Origin: Macrostomum lignano
Taxonomy: Eukaryota
Length of the DNA stretch: 64,000 nt
Direction of reading: 5' to 3'
NCBI GenBank assembly: GCA_002269645.1
Contig: NIVC01000010.1
Location: forward strand, 1,488,001 to 1,552,000
The notes beneath the pieces were generated by a model. It was not told where the DNA came from, ran no database searches, and worked only from the letters and a program-made list of their open reading frames with translations. Positions 44,632 through 56,425 of the stretch are shown here, one piece after another. Numbering within the stretch: position 1 is the first letter of the stretch; the number at the start of each line of letters is the position of its first letter. The translations under genes were made by a program, and so were the position numbers.

Positions 44632-47600
44632 ATGGCTTCAAGCGGCCAATTTCAATTATCAAAAGACGCCGCGTCTCACAGCAAACGAGTCATCGATTAC
44701 GTCATCCGCGGCCCGGGACGCGGCAAGGCGTTCGAGCGCATGTCGGATTTCGTAGACTGTTTCAGCAGCAGGATGGCTGGCACACGCGAGCTGGAGTGCG
44801 CCATCGACTGGGCCGTCGCCGAGCTGAGGACCAGCGACTTTCTGGACGCCCAAACCGAGGAGTTCCGGATGCCGCGATGGTCGCGCGGACTCGAAGAGGC
44901 CTCTATCGTGTCGCCAGTCCGACGGAAGCTGAGCATGCTGAGTCTGGGCTACTCGGCCCCGACCCTGCCAGGCGGCATTGAAGCCGACTGCATCGTGGTG
45001 CACAGCTTCAACGAGCTTGATTCGGCAGCTGCTCAGGGCTTGGTCCGAGGACGAATCGTAGTGTTTAATCAGCCCTGGGTGAGTGAACCAATTTCTTTTT
45101 CTCTAGGATTTCTCAACTGCTCTGTCGTTTAATAATAAAAATAATTGATTACACCTGCCCTAATGGGCAGATGTGCAACCGACAGCTCAGCTGCAGCTAT
45201 TGCGCAACGCATCTGAAGGCTGCGTACGGCTGTTCAGTCCAAGGACTGGGGGGTCGCCACAGACACACCCTCAATTACCCCAGAATATGCTGGCACCCAT
45301 TTTACAGCTGGGTGAACTGAAGCAATACAGAGTTAAGCGTCTTGCTCAAGGACACAGTTGTTACGAGGTGGATCGAGAATCGAACCTTCGACCTTCAAGT
45401 CGTGAGTCCGACGCTCTAACCACTAGGCTACAACCCCTATCTGTCGTTTGTTCTACTCTGAAATGGTTCAATGTTTCTTCTTGTTCTGATTCCAGTCTTT
45501 TGACACGATTCAACCAACGAACGAATAGAGGGCTTCATTCTCAAATAAGAGTATAGCCTATTCGTGGTAGCATGTGCTCAAATCAGGGGTTGTGAAGCAC
45601 TCTTCTTGATAGATAACTATATACATGTAATTTCAAATTTATATCACAGTTGGAAATTTCTACTTTTCAACACGTCTCTATTCAGTCTCTAATTTGACGT
45701 GTCAAACTTCCCAATGTGTCTCGTTTGTCGTATCACGTGACATTTCAACCACAGCTATATTGTATTTAACTGTAATTACGGCTAGACTTGAACTGTAGAA
45801 CTGCAACTTCTGAAAGTTTCGTGCTGTGCAGTATGCGATACTCATTCGCAGATTATTCATAAACTCTATCAGGAAAAACGAAGCTTGCGGTGGACCCGCA
45901 AGGTCCGCCGAGTGCATGTGCACTCGCCAATCTGTGCGCCTGTTAATGGCCTTGTTTGCCAGACGGATCCAGGTTTCGAGTTTCAATATAGCGGAGAGGC
46001 ACTTAGACCTTCCCCTCCTCATCAATTCTTATTCCCTTCCTTTTTATTAGAGGCAGGGGCTGTGTCCAACCTGGCGCTCTCTGAGCGACATCGTCACCAA
46101 CCGGCGAGAGGAATTACTGCCGCCCGTTCCGCCGACTCCCCTGAGCAGGCGCACACTCACACAGGAGTGTACAGCGGCCCTAACTTTATTTATCGTTAGG
46201 CATGTACACTTCACTGTGCCTTGGGGGTTGGCTCTCAAAGTAGTTAATTGCACGAGCAGAGCCAAACCGAGATTCCAATTCAGCCACAAATTAATGTGAC
46301 TGCACTTGGAATCGAACCTGGGCCGCTGACACATCAGAGCAGCTGCGCTAGACCACAGACAGGGCTACGGCCCCCCCTTTATCCCTCCGCTCAGACATCC
46401 TCCCTTCTTGTCACTCACTCCTTCCCAGTCAGTCCCCACTCTCTTATTGTGACATCTTTTAGCTCTCTTTGTCCCTCTTTATCTCTCTCCCTGCCACTCC
46501 CCCTCTCCCATTGCCCCAGGCCGGCTACGACAGCACCCGGCAGTTCCGCAATCACGGGCCCAGCTTGGCCTCAAAATTCGGCGCCGTAGCCGCCCTCGTC
46601 CGCTCCGTGACGCCGCTCGCCGTTGACTCGCCGCACGCCGGGGTGACTCTGTTCGACGCCGCTGGCGCCACCGCCAGCCCGATCCCGGCGGCCTGTCTGG
46701 CACCAGATGACGCTGAAGCTTTGGCGCGTTGGCAGCGGCGCCAACAGACGCCAAGAATTCGACTGTCAATTCAGTGCAGCCCGACCGAGTTGGACTCCAT
46801 CAGGTCGAGGAATATTGTGGCGGATTTGCCAGGCTGCGATCCGGCCGTGGCGCACGAGCTGGTGGTGTTGTGCGCTCACATCGACTGCTGGGATGTGGGA
46901 CAGGTGGGGAGCTGTGTAAAGCAGCTTTTGGGATCCTCTGAAGGCGAAGTTTTGGGATATCTGTATGGGACATCCTCGCACGTCATTTTTCGGTGCCTTC
47001 TGGGAACTTTAAAATGGATTTGGTGCGTTACAGTTGGAGATTGTTTTGGATGAAGCACATTAGAAGTTGTGATTTCTTTTGTCCTTGACGTCAAATTTTT
47101 CCTTACAGGGCGCCATGGACGATGCTGGCGGCGTCTTTGTCGCCTGGGAGGCCCTGCGGACCATCCGGCAGGCCCTGCAGGAGCACCGGACCCGGCGCAC
47201 CATCCGTTTGATCCTGTTCTCCGGCGAGGAACTCGGCCTGTGGGGCGGCAGGCTGTACTTTGAGGTGTGCCGACTGAGGGACTGATGGACACTAAGGCAG
47301 ACAGTTAGACAGGCAGACAGTAAGACAGGCAGACAGTAAGAAAGGCAGACAGTAAGAAAGGCAGACAGTAAGAAAGGCAGACAGTAAAAGACAGGCAGAC
47401 AGTTAGACAGGCAGACAGTAAGAAAGGCAGACAGTAAAAGACAGGCAGACAGTTAGACAGGCAGACAGTAAAAGACATACAGACAGTAAGACAGGCAGAC
47501 AGTTAGACAGGCAGACAGTAAAAGACAGGCAGACAGTTAGACAGGCAGACAGTAAAAGACATACAGACAGTAAGACAGGCAGACAGTTAGACAGGCAGAC

Positions 47601-48920
47601 AGGCAGACAGTAAGACAGGCAGACAGGCAGACAGTAAGACAGGCAGACAGTAAAAGACAGGCAGACAGTAAGACAGGCAGACAGTAAGACAGGCAGACAG
47701 TAAGACAGGCAGACAGTAAAAGACAGGCAGACAGTAAGACAGGCAGACAGTAAAAGACAGGCAGACAGTTAGACAGGCAGACAGTAAAAGACAGGCAGAC
47801 AGTAAGACAGGCAGACAGTAAGACAGGCAGACAGTAAGACAGGCAGACAGTAAGACAGGCAGACAGTAAAAGACAGGCAGACAGTAAGACAGGCAGACAG
47901 TAAAAGACAGGCAGACAGACGGACATACAGACAGTAAGACAGGCAAACAGTAAGACAGGCAGACAGTAAGACAGGCAGACAGTAAGACAGGCAGACAGTA
48001 AGACAGGCAGACAGTAAGACAGGCAGACAGTAAGACAGGCAGACAGTAAGACAGGCAGACAGTAAGACAGGCAGACAGTAAGACAGGCAGACCGTGAGAC
48101 AGGCAGACAGTAAGACAGGCAGACCGTGAGACAGGCAGACAGTAAGACAGGCAGACCGTGAGACAGGCAGACAGTAAGACAGGCAGACCGTGAGACAGGC
48201 AGACAGTAAGACAGGCAGACCGTGAGACAGGCAGACAGCCTGTCTTATAGCCTATACACCTACGTGCTAACCACGACCACCTTTGCTTAACTGTAAGCTA
48301 GTATAGAACAGGTAACTGTGTAAGACAAAAATCAAAGTCAAGAGTAACAGATAATAATTAAGTTTTGAATTTTTTCTTTAAACCCAATATCGCACTACTT
48401 AGTATAGAAGTAGTGTCATAAAAATTTGACGATAGCTTTATATTCTGCTTTAATACTCGTATCAACTCGTTTGTCTTGTACTCAGGCGCACTCAAGCGAG
48501 CTCGCTGGCAGGCTCAGCTACATGCTGGAAACGGACGGCGGCACCTTTGATCCCAGAGGCGTCACCTGCAGCGGTTCGGCTGCGACGACAGCCGCCCTGC
48601 GCACCGTCCTGCAGCCGCTGGAGTCATCACTCGGCGCTTGCAACGTTTTCGAGAAGCTGGACGGTCCGGACATCACCGAATGGGCGAGCGTAGGCGTCCC
48701 AGTTGGCAATCTGGTCACGCAGAGGACGGGCGAGTCAGCCGATTTCTACTTCCAATTTCATCATTCCCGCGGCGACACAGTCAGCGTGCAGGACCCGTTC
48801 GAGATGGACCGCTGCACAGCCGTGATGGCCGTGGTGGCGTTGAACTTGGCGGATGCCAGCACCATGTTGCCGAGGGGACCGGAGCAGGCTGCGGATAAGG
48901 AGCCCCGTCTGGAAGCTTAG
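44632..48920 (+). CDS. CPQ: Carboxypeptidase Q (plasma glutamate carboxypeptidase, M28 + PA domain)
   Basis: Exons 44632-45078, 46520-46903, 47109-47264, 48486-48920 (all phase 0; 473 aa). Motifs [53 protein letters not shown]. Confidence 0.93.
45130..45437 (-). mobile_element. tRNA-derived SINE family 1, full length, in CPQ intron 1
   Basis: Reverse complement of 33516-33803, including the head (gaatcgaacc...cactaggctacaacccc) and the tail (aataattgattacacctg). Confidence 0.88.
46060..46375 (-). mobile_element. SINE-like family 2 copy
   Basis: tRNA-like head on the minus strand (tggtctagcgc...ggttcgattcc); body similar to 36620-36910. Confidence 0.5.
47295..48238. repeat. 16/18-bp minisatellite (gacaggcagacagtaa) in CPQ intron 3
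   Basis: Directly visible. Confidence 0.97.
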
Positions 48921-49441
48921 AGATAGACGCCATACAAGTAAGGCCACACTTTCGGAAGTTTAGCTTTAACCTGTCCTGGAAGTTTAGGTCTCTAACCTGT
49001 CCTGTGTTTAGGTCTAACCTGTCCTGGCAGTTTAGGTCTAACCTGTTCTGGAAGTTTAGGTCTAACCTGTCCTGGAAGTTTAGGTCTAACCTGTCCTGGA
49101 AGTTTAGCTCTCTAACCTGTCCTGGAAGTTTAGGTCTAACCTGTCCTGGAAGTTTAGGTCTAACCTGTCCTAGAAGTTTAGGTCTCTAACCTGTCCTGGA
49201 AGTTTAGATTTAACCTGTCCTGGAAGTTTAGGTCTCTAACCTGTCCTGGAAGTTTAGCTTTAACCTGTCCTGGAAGTTTAGGTCTCTAACCTGTCCTGGA
49301 AGTTTAGGTCTAACCTGTCCTAGAAGTTTAGGTCTCTAACCTGTCCTGGAAGTTTAGCTTTAACCTGTCCTGGAAGTTTAGCTTTAACCTGTCCTGGAAG
49401 TTTAGGTCTCTAACCTGTCCTGGAAGTTTAGGTCTCTAACC

Positions 49442-52400
49442 TGTTGAAGTTTGCTTCTTTTAATTAAGTATATTTTATCAGTTTGAACAAAAAGAAATAC
49501 ACAAGATGAAAAATTGAGCAGTTTGGGGGGGGCACTTAAAGTATTAGCGTATTTGCGATATGAACTAACAACCATAGATATATCGGTACGATACTGTATT
49601 GAATATTTATTGAACTTTCTAGAAAGGGATACGCACAGCTATTTGCATTAACAATATTAATCAATATTATGTATCTGACAATTACTATATAAAGTACTAA
49701 AAGTACGAGCTATATACTATAAACAACACTCCCACTTAATTGTCAGAAACTTATCATTGGAAGATTTTAGTTAATCGCGGTAGATTACTCAGTAGTCTCT
49801 GATATTAAAAATGGATGACAATGACATTAGTTACTTCAGTTACTCCAGTTACTTCAATTCATATCCATACACTTAATACCAAGCATTGATCGCAGATTTT
49901 CAAACTGATGCCTGGGAATTGGCTTTGTTAGTATGTCCGCCAGCATTTCCTTTGTCGGACAGTATTCCAGTTTCACAGTACCAGCTTGAATAGCATCTCG
50001 AATAAAATGATAGCGGATGTCAATATGCTTTGTCCGCTTGTGTCGAATCGGATTTTTTGACATTGCAATGGCTCCTTGATTGTCTTCCTTAATTACAGTT
50101 GACCCAGTGACATTGGCACCCAAATCGCTTACAAGTCGACGAAGCCATATTGCCTCCTGTGTCGCAGACGCAAGGGCCATGTACTCAGCTTCTGTCGTTG
50201 ACAACGCCACCGTTGTTTGCTTTTGACTTAACCATGTTACTGCTCCACCGGCCATAATGAAAACACTTCCAGTGACTGAGCGTCTGCTATCCAAGTCCGA
50301 CGCCCAATCAGCGTCTGAGTAGCCAATGATCTCGTTACTTCCAGACTTCTCATATTTCAGAACGACGTCCGATGAGCCTTTCAGGTATCGAAGAATTCTC
50401 TTGGCAGCGGTGAGATGAGCCTCAGTTGGTTTGGAATTGAATTTCGATACTGCTCCCACTGCTTGAGCAATGTCTGGCCGTGTAGCGATCGCTGCGTACA
50501 ATAGGCTGCCTACAATTGATTGATAGGCCTTTGGATCCACGAATTTGCTGTAGCCATCGTTTTCAACGAGCTTGACGCTTGAATCCATTGGGGTTGTGGC
50601 TGGGTTTGCTTCCAACATTTTAAACTTCTTCAGTAGTTGCATAATGTATTGCTTCTGATGAAGTTGAAGAAATCGTCTCTCTGAGTCAATCACTATTGTC
50701 ACTCCTAAACAGTAATGAAGCTCTCCCATATCTTTCATCTTGAATCGTCGAGTGAATTCCTCCTTGATACTCTGCATTTCATCCATAGTATCAGTAGCCA
50801 TCACCAAGTCGTCAACATAAACCGCAATGATTGACATGTTTCCAAGTTTGCGAGTGAACACACATGGGTCTGCTCCACTTTCCTTGAATCCAATCGAGAT
50901 TAGGTAATCACAGAGGGCCTTGTTCCAACACCGGGGTGATTGCTTTAGACCATATAGCGATCTTTTCAGCTTGCAGACTAAATTCTCTTCGTCGCATTTA
51001 ACGTATCCGGGTGGTTGATCCATGAAGATTTCTTCTGTTAAATGTCCGTTTAGAAATGCAGTGACCACATCCATTTGATGAATGTGCATTTCTCGTTGAG
51101 TTGCGAATGCCAGTATAGTACGGATTGATGAGAATCTTACCACAGGAGAAAACGTCTCGTCATAATCCACTCCAGGTTGTTGAGAATACCCTTTGGCAAC
51201 CAGGCGTCCTTTGAATCGTTCAATGTTTCCGCAGCTGTCATGCTTCACTTTGAATACCCACTTGAAGCCAACAGTCTTTCGTCCTTCTGGAAGAGGAACT
51301 AATTCCCACGTATCATTTTCTACCAGAGAGTTGTATTCCGAGTCTGTTGCTTCTTTCCATTCCTTCGCATTGTCACAACTCCAAGCCTCGTCAATCGATC
51401 TGGGTTCCAAAATCTCCATGGCTCGAAAAGCGCGATGTTGTGGCTCTGTTGTACTTAGGCTAGCTACTTCGAAGTTCTCATTGTATTGAAAACGCTCTGG
51501 GGTTTTCCTTTGTCGCGTGGTCGTTGGCAGAATTTGTTGGATTTCAGTTTCAATTTCTTCATTCGGAGTTGTTCGGCTGTTGTGCTCGTCGAGGTTGACT
51601 TCCATATGTGAATTTATCTTTTCATTGTTCTGCTGGAAATCATTCAACTTTCCGAAGTCTCCCTCATTGAAGATGACATCGTAACGAACAACTGTTTTCC
51701 TAGTTCTTTCGTCAAACAATCTGTAGCCCTTTTGATTGTCACTGTAGCCAACGAACCTTAGCTTGGTAGTCTTCTTATCAAGTTTTTGTCTCTCTACTGT
51801 AGGAATGTGAGCATAAGCTACACAGCCAAACGTTCGAAGATGTGAGATGTTTGGCTTTCGTCCACACCATCTTTCGTAGGGTGTCATCATTGGCGCTACC
51901 GAGTTCGTCGGGACTCTGTTGCGGATATACGCGGCTGTGTTGATGGCTTCTGCCCAATAAGCATTGCTAAGACCAGCATGAGTTATCATTGTTCTAGCAG
52001 ATTCGATGAGAGTACGGTTCATTCTTTCAGCAACACCGTTCTGTTCTGGTGTGTGGGCAACCGAAATTTCGTGTCGAATTCCTTTTGCAAGTAAAAACGC
52101 AGAAAATTCCTTGGACATGTACTCTCCTCCACCATCAGTTCGGAGAACTTTTATTGTTTTTTCAGTCTCATTTGTCACCTGCGCTTCGAATTCCTTAAAC
52201 TTCTGGAAGACTTCAGACTTAGTCTTCAGAAAATAGACCTTCACAATGCGAGAGAAGTCATCGATGAAAGTCGCAAAAAATCGATTCCCGCCAAACGACT
52301 GCGTCTGCATTGGTCCACAAATGTCACTGTGCACAAGTTGCAGTACTTCTGATGAGCGAATTTCTCCCACTGATTTGTGATTCTTTCGATGCGCCTTTCC

Positions 52401-54219
52401 TTCAACGCACGCTTCACAGAAATTCATATCACTCACAATGGAAGTGTCAGTACCCTCGACGTACCTTTTCTTGAATAGTTGTTCGAGTTGATTTCTGTGG
52501 AGATGTCCTAGACGATGATGCCACAAATTGGCAGTTTCGAGCTCTGACTTTGTAGTCGTTACTGCAGCTGTAGCTAAGTTGCAATCTACATCACACTCAA
52601 GTTGATACAATCGATCAACTAGTGTTCCAAAGCCTACTAGCTTCCCTGTTTGTTTTCGAATCCAGCACCTAGTGTGACCAAACTGAATGACATTGTTCTT
52701 AAGTGTAGCCGCACGTACACTGAAGAGATTGCAGGCTAGTCTAGGTACGAAAAGTACAGATCCAAGTACTGCGTTAGAACGCTCACCACCAGGGAGTCTC
52801 GTGACGATGTTCACTCGTCCAGTTCCGTAAGCTTGAACTGTTCGCCCGTCTCCGAGCCCTACATTTTCCGGTTCATCGAATTCAGTGTAGTCTTTTAGAG
52901 CATTCCTTTGACAGGTCATATGTCTTGTCGCACCAGAGTCAATTATCCACCGTGCGGTTGTGTCCTGAGGACCAGTTTTTTCAGAGGTAAGAAATGTAGC
53001 GGCACTATCGGCTATCTCGTTGTCCAGGTTCGGATTCGAATGACTCGTACTTTCTGCACTTTTAGCTTTATGCAGAGTCGATTTTGAGTTTTGCTGCCTG
53101 TTGCTCACGTTGAACCTGCACTCTCTACTGAAGTGTCCTTCCTTGCCACATGTGTAGCACTTAATTGGTCTGCGTCCCTTAAATTTGTCAACACGAAGAG
53201 CAGATTCCGAATCACGGGATTCGTATTTCATAGTTTCACTTCGTTTCATTTCTTCATTAAGCAGTGCTTGTTGAACCGTCAGCAAAGTCAGCTCCTCTTC
53301 CTTTCGGGTCTCCAGAGCCGTAACCAGATGACTGTAGCTGTCAGGTAGACTGCTAAGAAGAATCACAACCTGGTCTTCGTCAGACACAGCAGCATTAATG
53401 GACGCCAGCTTGTCAGTTAACTCCTTCAGACAGCGAATGTGCTCCTGAACTGGAGTCCCATCAGTCATCTGCAGTCTAAATAGTTTTTTCTTCAAAAACA
53501 ACTTGTTGGCAGTCGAGTCACGTTCGAAATGACCACATAAAATTTGCCACATCTGCCTCGGATCATCATCGCATGTAGTCACAAGGTAGATGTACTCACT
53601 GCTGAGAGACAGAACTATCATTGCTGCTGCTCGCTGTTGCTGTTCCTTGAATTCATTGCGTCGTGCTTCATTTGCGTCTTGCTGAAGAACATCTTCTCCG
53701 GTAGCTATGCCCCAGAGTCTTCTTGCGATTAAGCAATGTTTCATTTGGATTTTCCACGTCATCCAATTGTCCTTCGTGAGCTTCTCTATGTGCCATTTTT
53801 CTTCGCTTGCAGCCATAGCAACGTAACTGATCGACCGAGCGATCAAGTTTCCAGATGGCACGAACAACCAGATTACCAGAATGATCTAGTACATCGAAGT
53901 ACTCGCAGTGGTCTCGGCTGGGCCCATAACCTGTTGAAGTTTGCTTCTTTTAATTAAGTATATTTTATCAGTTTGAACAAAAAGAAATACACAAGATGAA
54001 AAATTGAGCAGTTTGGGGGGGGGCACTTAAAGTATTAGCGTATTTGCGATATGAACTAACAACCATAGATATATCGGTACGATACTGTATTGAATATTTA
54101 TTGAACTTTCTAGAAAGGGATACGCACAGCTATTTGCATTAACAATATTAATCAATATTATGTATCTGACAATTACTATATAAAGTACTAAAAGTACGAG
54201 CTATATACTATAAACAACA
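49442..54219 (-). mobile_element. Full-length Ty1/Copia LTR retrotransposon
   Basis: LTRs 49442-49728 and 53932-54219 (TG...CA; only difference seen is G8 vs G9); TSD TAACC; PBS GGTTATGGGCCC; PPT AAGTGGGAG. Confidence 0.98.
49854..53867 (-). CDS. Copia gag-pol polyprotein (uninterrupted; likely start at MAASEEKW)
   Basis: CYTCGKEGHFSREC, WIIDSGAT, HLH/CEAC, LVHSD/RTDGGGEY/NGVAER, MDVVTAF, LYGLKQ, YVDD, GYSDADW, KHIDIRYHF; order PR-IN-RT-RH. Confidence 0.97.
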   Translation of the reverse strand: MFVPSGNLIARSISYVAMAASEEKWHIEKLTKDNWMTWKIQMKHCLIARRLWGIATGEDVLQQDANEARRNEFKEQQQRAAAMIVLSLSSEYIYLVTTCDDDPRQMWQILCGHFERDSTANKLFLKKKLFRLQMTDGTPVQEHIRCLKELTDKLASINAAVSDEDQVVILLSSLPDSYSHLVTALETRKEEELTLLTVQQALLNEEMKRSETMKYESRDSESALRVDKFKGRRPIKCYTCGKEGHFSRECRFNVSNRQQNSKSTLHKAKSAESTSHSNPNLDNEIADSAATFLTSEKTGPQDTTARWIIDSGATRHMTCQRNALKDYTEFDEPENVGLGDGRTVQAYGTGRVNIVTRLPGGERSNAVLGSVLFVPRLACNLFSVRAATLKNNVIQFGHTRCWIRKQTGKLVGFGTLVDRLYQLECDVDCNLATAAVTTTKSELETANLWHHRLGHLHRNQLEQLFKKRYVEGTDTSIVSDMNFCEACVEGKAHRKNHKSVGEIRSSEVLQLVHSDICGPMQTQSFGGNRFFATFIDDFSRIVKVYFLKTKSEVFQKFKEFEAQVTNETEKTIKVLRTDGGGEYMSKEFSAFLLAKGIRHEISVAHTPEQNGVAERMNRTLIESARTMITHAGLSNAYWAEAINTAAYIRNRVPTNSVAPMMTPYERWCGRKPNISHLRTFGCVAYAHIPTVERQKLDKKTTKLRFVGYSDNQKGYRLFDERTRKTVVRYDVIFNEGDFGKLNDFQQNNEKINSHMEVNLDEHNSRTTPNEEIETEIQQILPTTTRQRKTPERFQYNENFEVASLSTTEPQHRAFRAMEILEPRSIDEAWSCDNAKEWKEATDSEYNSLVENDTWELVPLPEGRKTVGFKWVFKVKHDSCGNIERFKGRLVAKGYSQQPGVDYDETFSPVVRFSSIRTILAFATQREMHIHQMDVVTAFLNGHLTEEIFMDQPPGYVKCDEENLVCKLKRSLYGLKQSPRCWNKALCDYLISIGFKESGADPCVFTRKLGNMSIIAVYVDDLVMATDTMDEMQSIKEEFTRRFKMKDMGELHYCLGVTIVIDSERRFLQLHQKQYIMQLLKKFKMLEANPATTPMDSSVKLVENDGYSKFVDPKAYQSIVGSLLYAAIATRPDIAQAVGAVSKFNSKPTEAHLTAAKRILRYLKGSSDVVLKYEKSGSNEIIGYSDADWASDLDSRRSVTGSVFIMAGGAVTWLSQKQTTVALSTTEAEYMALASATQEAIWLRRLVSDLGANVTGSTVIKEDNQGAIAMSKNPIRHKRTKHIDIRYHFIRDAIQAGTVKLEYCPTKEMLADILTKPIPRHQFENLRSMLGIKCMDMN

Positions 54220-54851
54220 TAACCTGTCCTGGAAGTTTAGCTCTCTAACCTGTCCTGGAAGTTTAGGTCTAACCTGTCCTGGAAGTTTATCTCTCTAACC
54301 TGTCCTGGAACTTTAGCTCTCTAACCTTTCCTGGAAGTTTAGCTCTAACCTGCCCCGGAAGTTTAGGTCTAAACCGTCCTGGAAGTTTAGGTCTAAACCG
54401 TCCTGGAAGTTTAGGTCTAACCTGTCCTGGAAGTTTAGGTCTAACCTGTCCTGGAAGCTAGGGAATAAAGACAAACGGAGTTTTTCAGAAATCTTTGCAC
54501 TATCCTACAATAAGATGGATAAACTGCAATAAACAAATATGCTATCCGATTACTAGTTTAATAACTGTTTTATGTTTGAAATAAACTTAACCAGAAACAA
54601 AAAGGTGCGTACATTGTTTCTTGCCCCAAAAATACGAGTCTAAGTGTATGTGTACGAGTGTGTTCATTTAGGCAATGTTAAAAATGTACATGCATATGCA
54701 AGGTCACATCACTAGCTGGGTTGCGTAGGCGTGGGTTTGTGAAAGAGTATTTTGTTATCCTTACACAGTTCACAATATTTAAACATGCAGCAGTGATAAG
54801 TGCAAAAGTATGATGCTTATTTGACTAATATGACTCAAAAGTCCTCAGTCT

Positions 54852-55778
54852 TCAGTTACTGCTGAACATCAACTTAAGCAAGTCTTCGGCGTCGAACTGC
54901 GGTTGATCCAGATCGAAAGGCGGCGAGGACAGCGACGAGCTGATGGGCGACTGGCTGTCTGGCGTCTCGGCATCGTCAGTCATCAGGATGTCCAGCTCGT
55001 CCAGCTCCTTTGACATCAGTGGCAACAGTTCGTCCCTGGAATCCGAGGCTGGCGATTGCAGAATTCGATCCAAATCGACGTCGCGATCGAGACAGGGCAA
55101 CTGCTGCAGCTCTTGCTGGTCGGCTTCGTCTGGCTGTTCCAGCGTTGCCTCTTCTTTATCGTTGTAGTCAGCTTCTTCGAGGCCTGACTCGTTGGGCAGC
55201 AGCAGTCGGTACACTCTGTAGGCGTCGCAGCCTCTTGACTGGCTGAGAGTGGGCTCGTAACGAATGTACCGGCTGCCGCGGAGGGCGCAACGAAAGTTCT
55301 GCTTTAGTCTCTTGTAGTCTGGAATTTTCTGCAGTTTCTGCTTCTTTTTGTTGTTGCCACTGTCAGGCAGGTGCGAGTGAGCTTGCAGACAGTCGGGAAC
55401 TGAAATTAATAAATGTGAGGTAAGCTTACACATTTGCTTTTAGATGGCAATGTAATATAATCAAAAGTAATAAATCTTGACTCATCTCAGTTGTATCTCA
55501 GTCCCTACACGGCAAAACGTACCTATATCTTATAATTCACAATAAGCAATAAAAAGTAATAAACTCAGCCACTCACGTCTTGCTTGGTGATAGGCCAGAA
55601 AAACGTTATCCTTCCTGCTTGCAATGTTGCACGACCACGATTGTCCGGACTTGTGAGACCAGCTGACCTTGAATAGCCTCTGCTGAGGATTAATGAGCCA
55701 CTGCAGACCGTGCAGATCGCCCAGATTCAAGTGCCGTCTGAGCCATTTGTCGATGCGTTGCTTTTTGTTGTACTGCAT
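54852..55778 (-). CDS. Interferon regulatory factor (IRF) family transcription factor, DBD plus acidic tail
   Basis: Exons 55778-55577 and 55399-54852 (donor GTGAGT, acceptor ttttcag-like, phase 1; 249 aa). RIDKWL...GLQWL...FKVSWSH...W...KQNFRCAL...YRVYRLL aligns with the IRF DBD. Confidence 0.85.
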
Positions 55779-56425
55779 GATTTTTATTGCGCCAGAAAGG
55801 CACCGCAAGGTCTGTGCAAGCTTCGGATTATTAAATACTAACTGTAAACTTCACTTGGAATATCCAAGTCTAGACCTGGTCCGTTCTAAGCAGACTGACG
55901 GCCAGTCTGCACTCGGAAAATCCAACCAGCAACCACCCCCTCAACGTACAGCAGCCCGTACGCAAATGTACATTAGTGCTGAACGTACAGTGAAAAGGAT
56001 TCCCATACGAGATTTCTTGATGCTATTTTTGACTTAAAAACAGGCCACTATAGGAGAGGGTTGAACAGGTAGAAGAATAACTTAAGTCGCGAATTTCCAG
56101 TAAAAATGAGCTGACTGCGTCAGATTCAAAAATAAGAGCGTAGCAGACAGCTGGACTATGACAATTTTTCATTCTATATACAAACAAAAAAGTTTATCGG
56201 GCACTGTACACGTATGAGAATTATCTAATTATTAGATAATTAGATAATCACTAATTAATTATCTAATTAATTTATCAACTAGCATTTGCCTGCAAACAAG
56301 AGACACGTGTATAGACGATGCGCGTAATGACTACAATGTATCTACTTTTCACGAACAAGAAACCTAACGGTAGATTGTGTGTATGGTTTTGGAGGTAGAC
56401 AATGATTAATTTTTCACGAGTGGCG

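Larger units (their letters stand above)
48965..54457. repeat. 24/26-bp minisatellite (taacctgtcctggaagtttaggtc) split by the Copia insertion
   Basis: Arrays at 48965-49441 and 54220-54457. Confidence 0.93.

Noticed and set aside
47537-47946. Cys/Leu-rich minus-strand ORFs
   Set aside because: Translations of the intronic 16-bp minisatellite.
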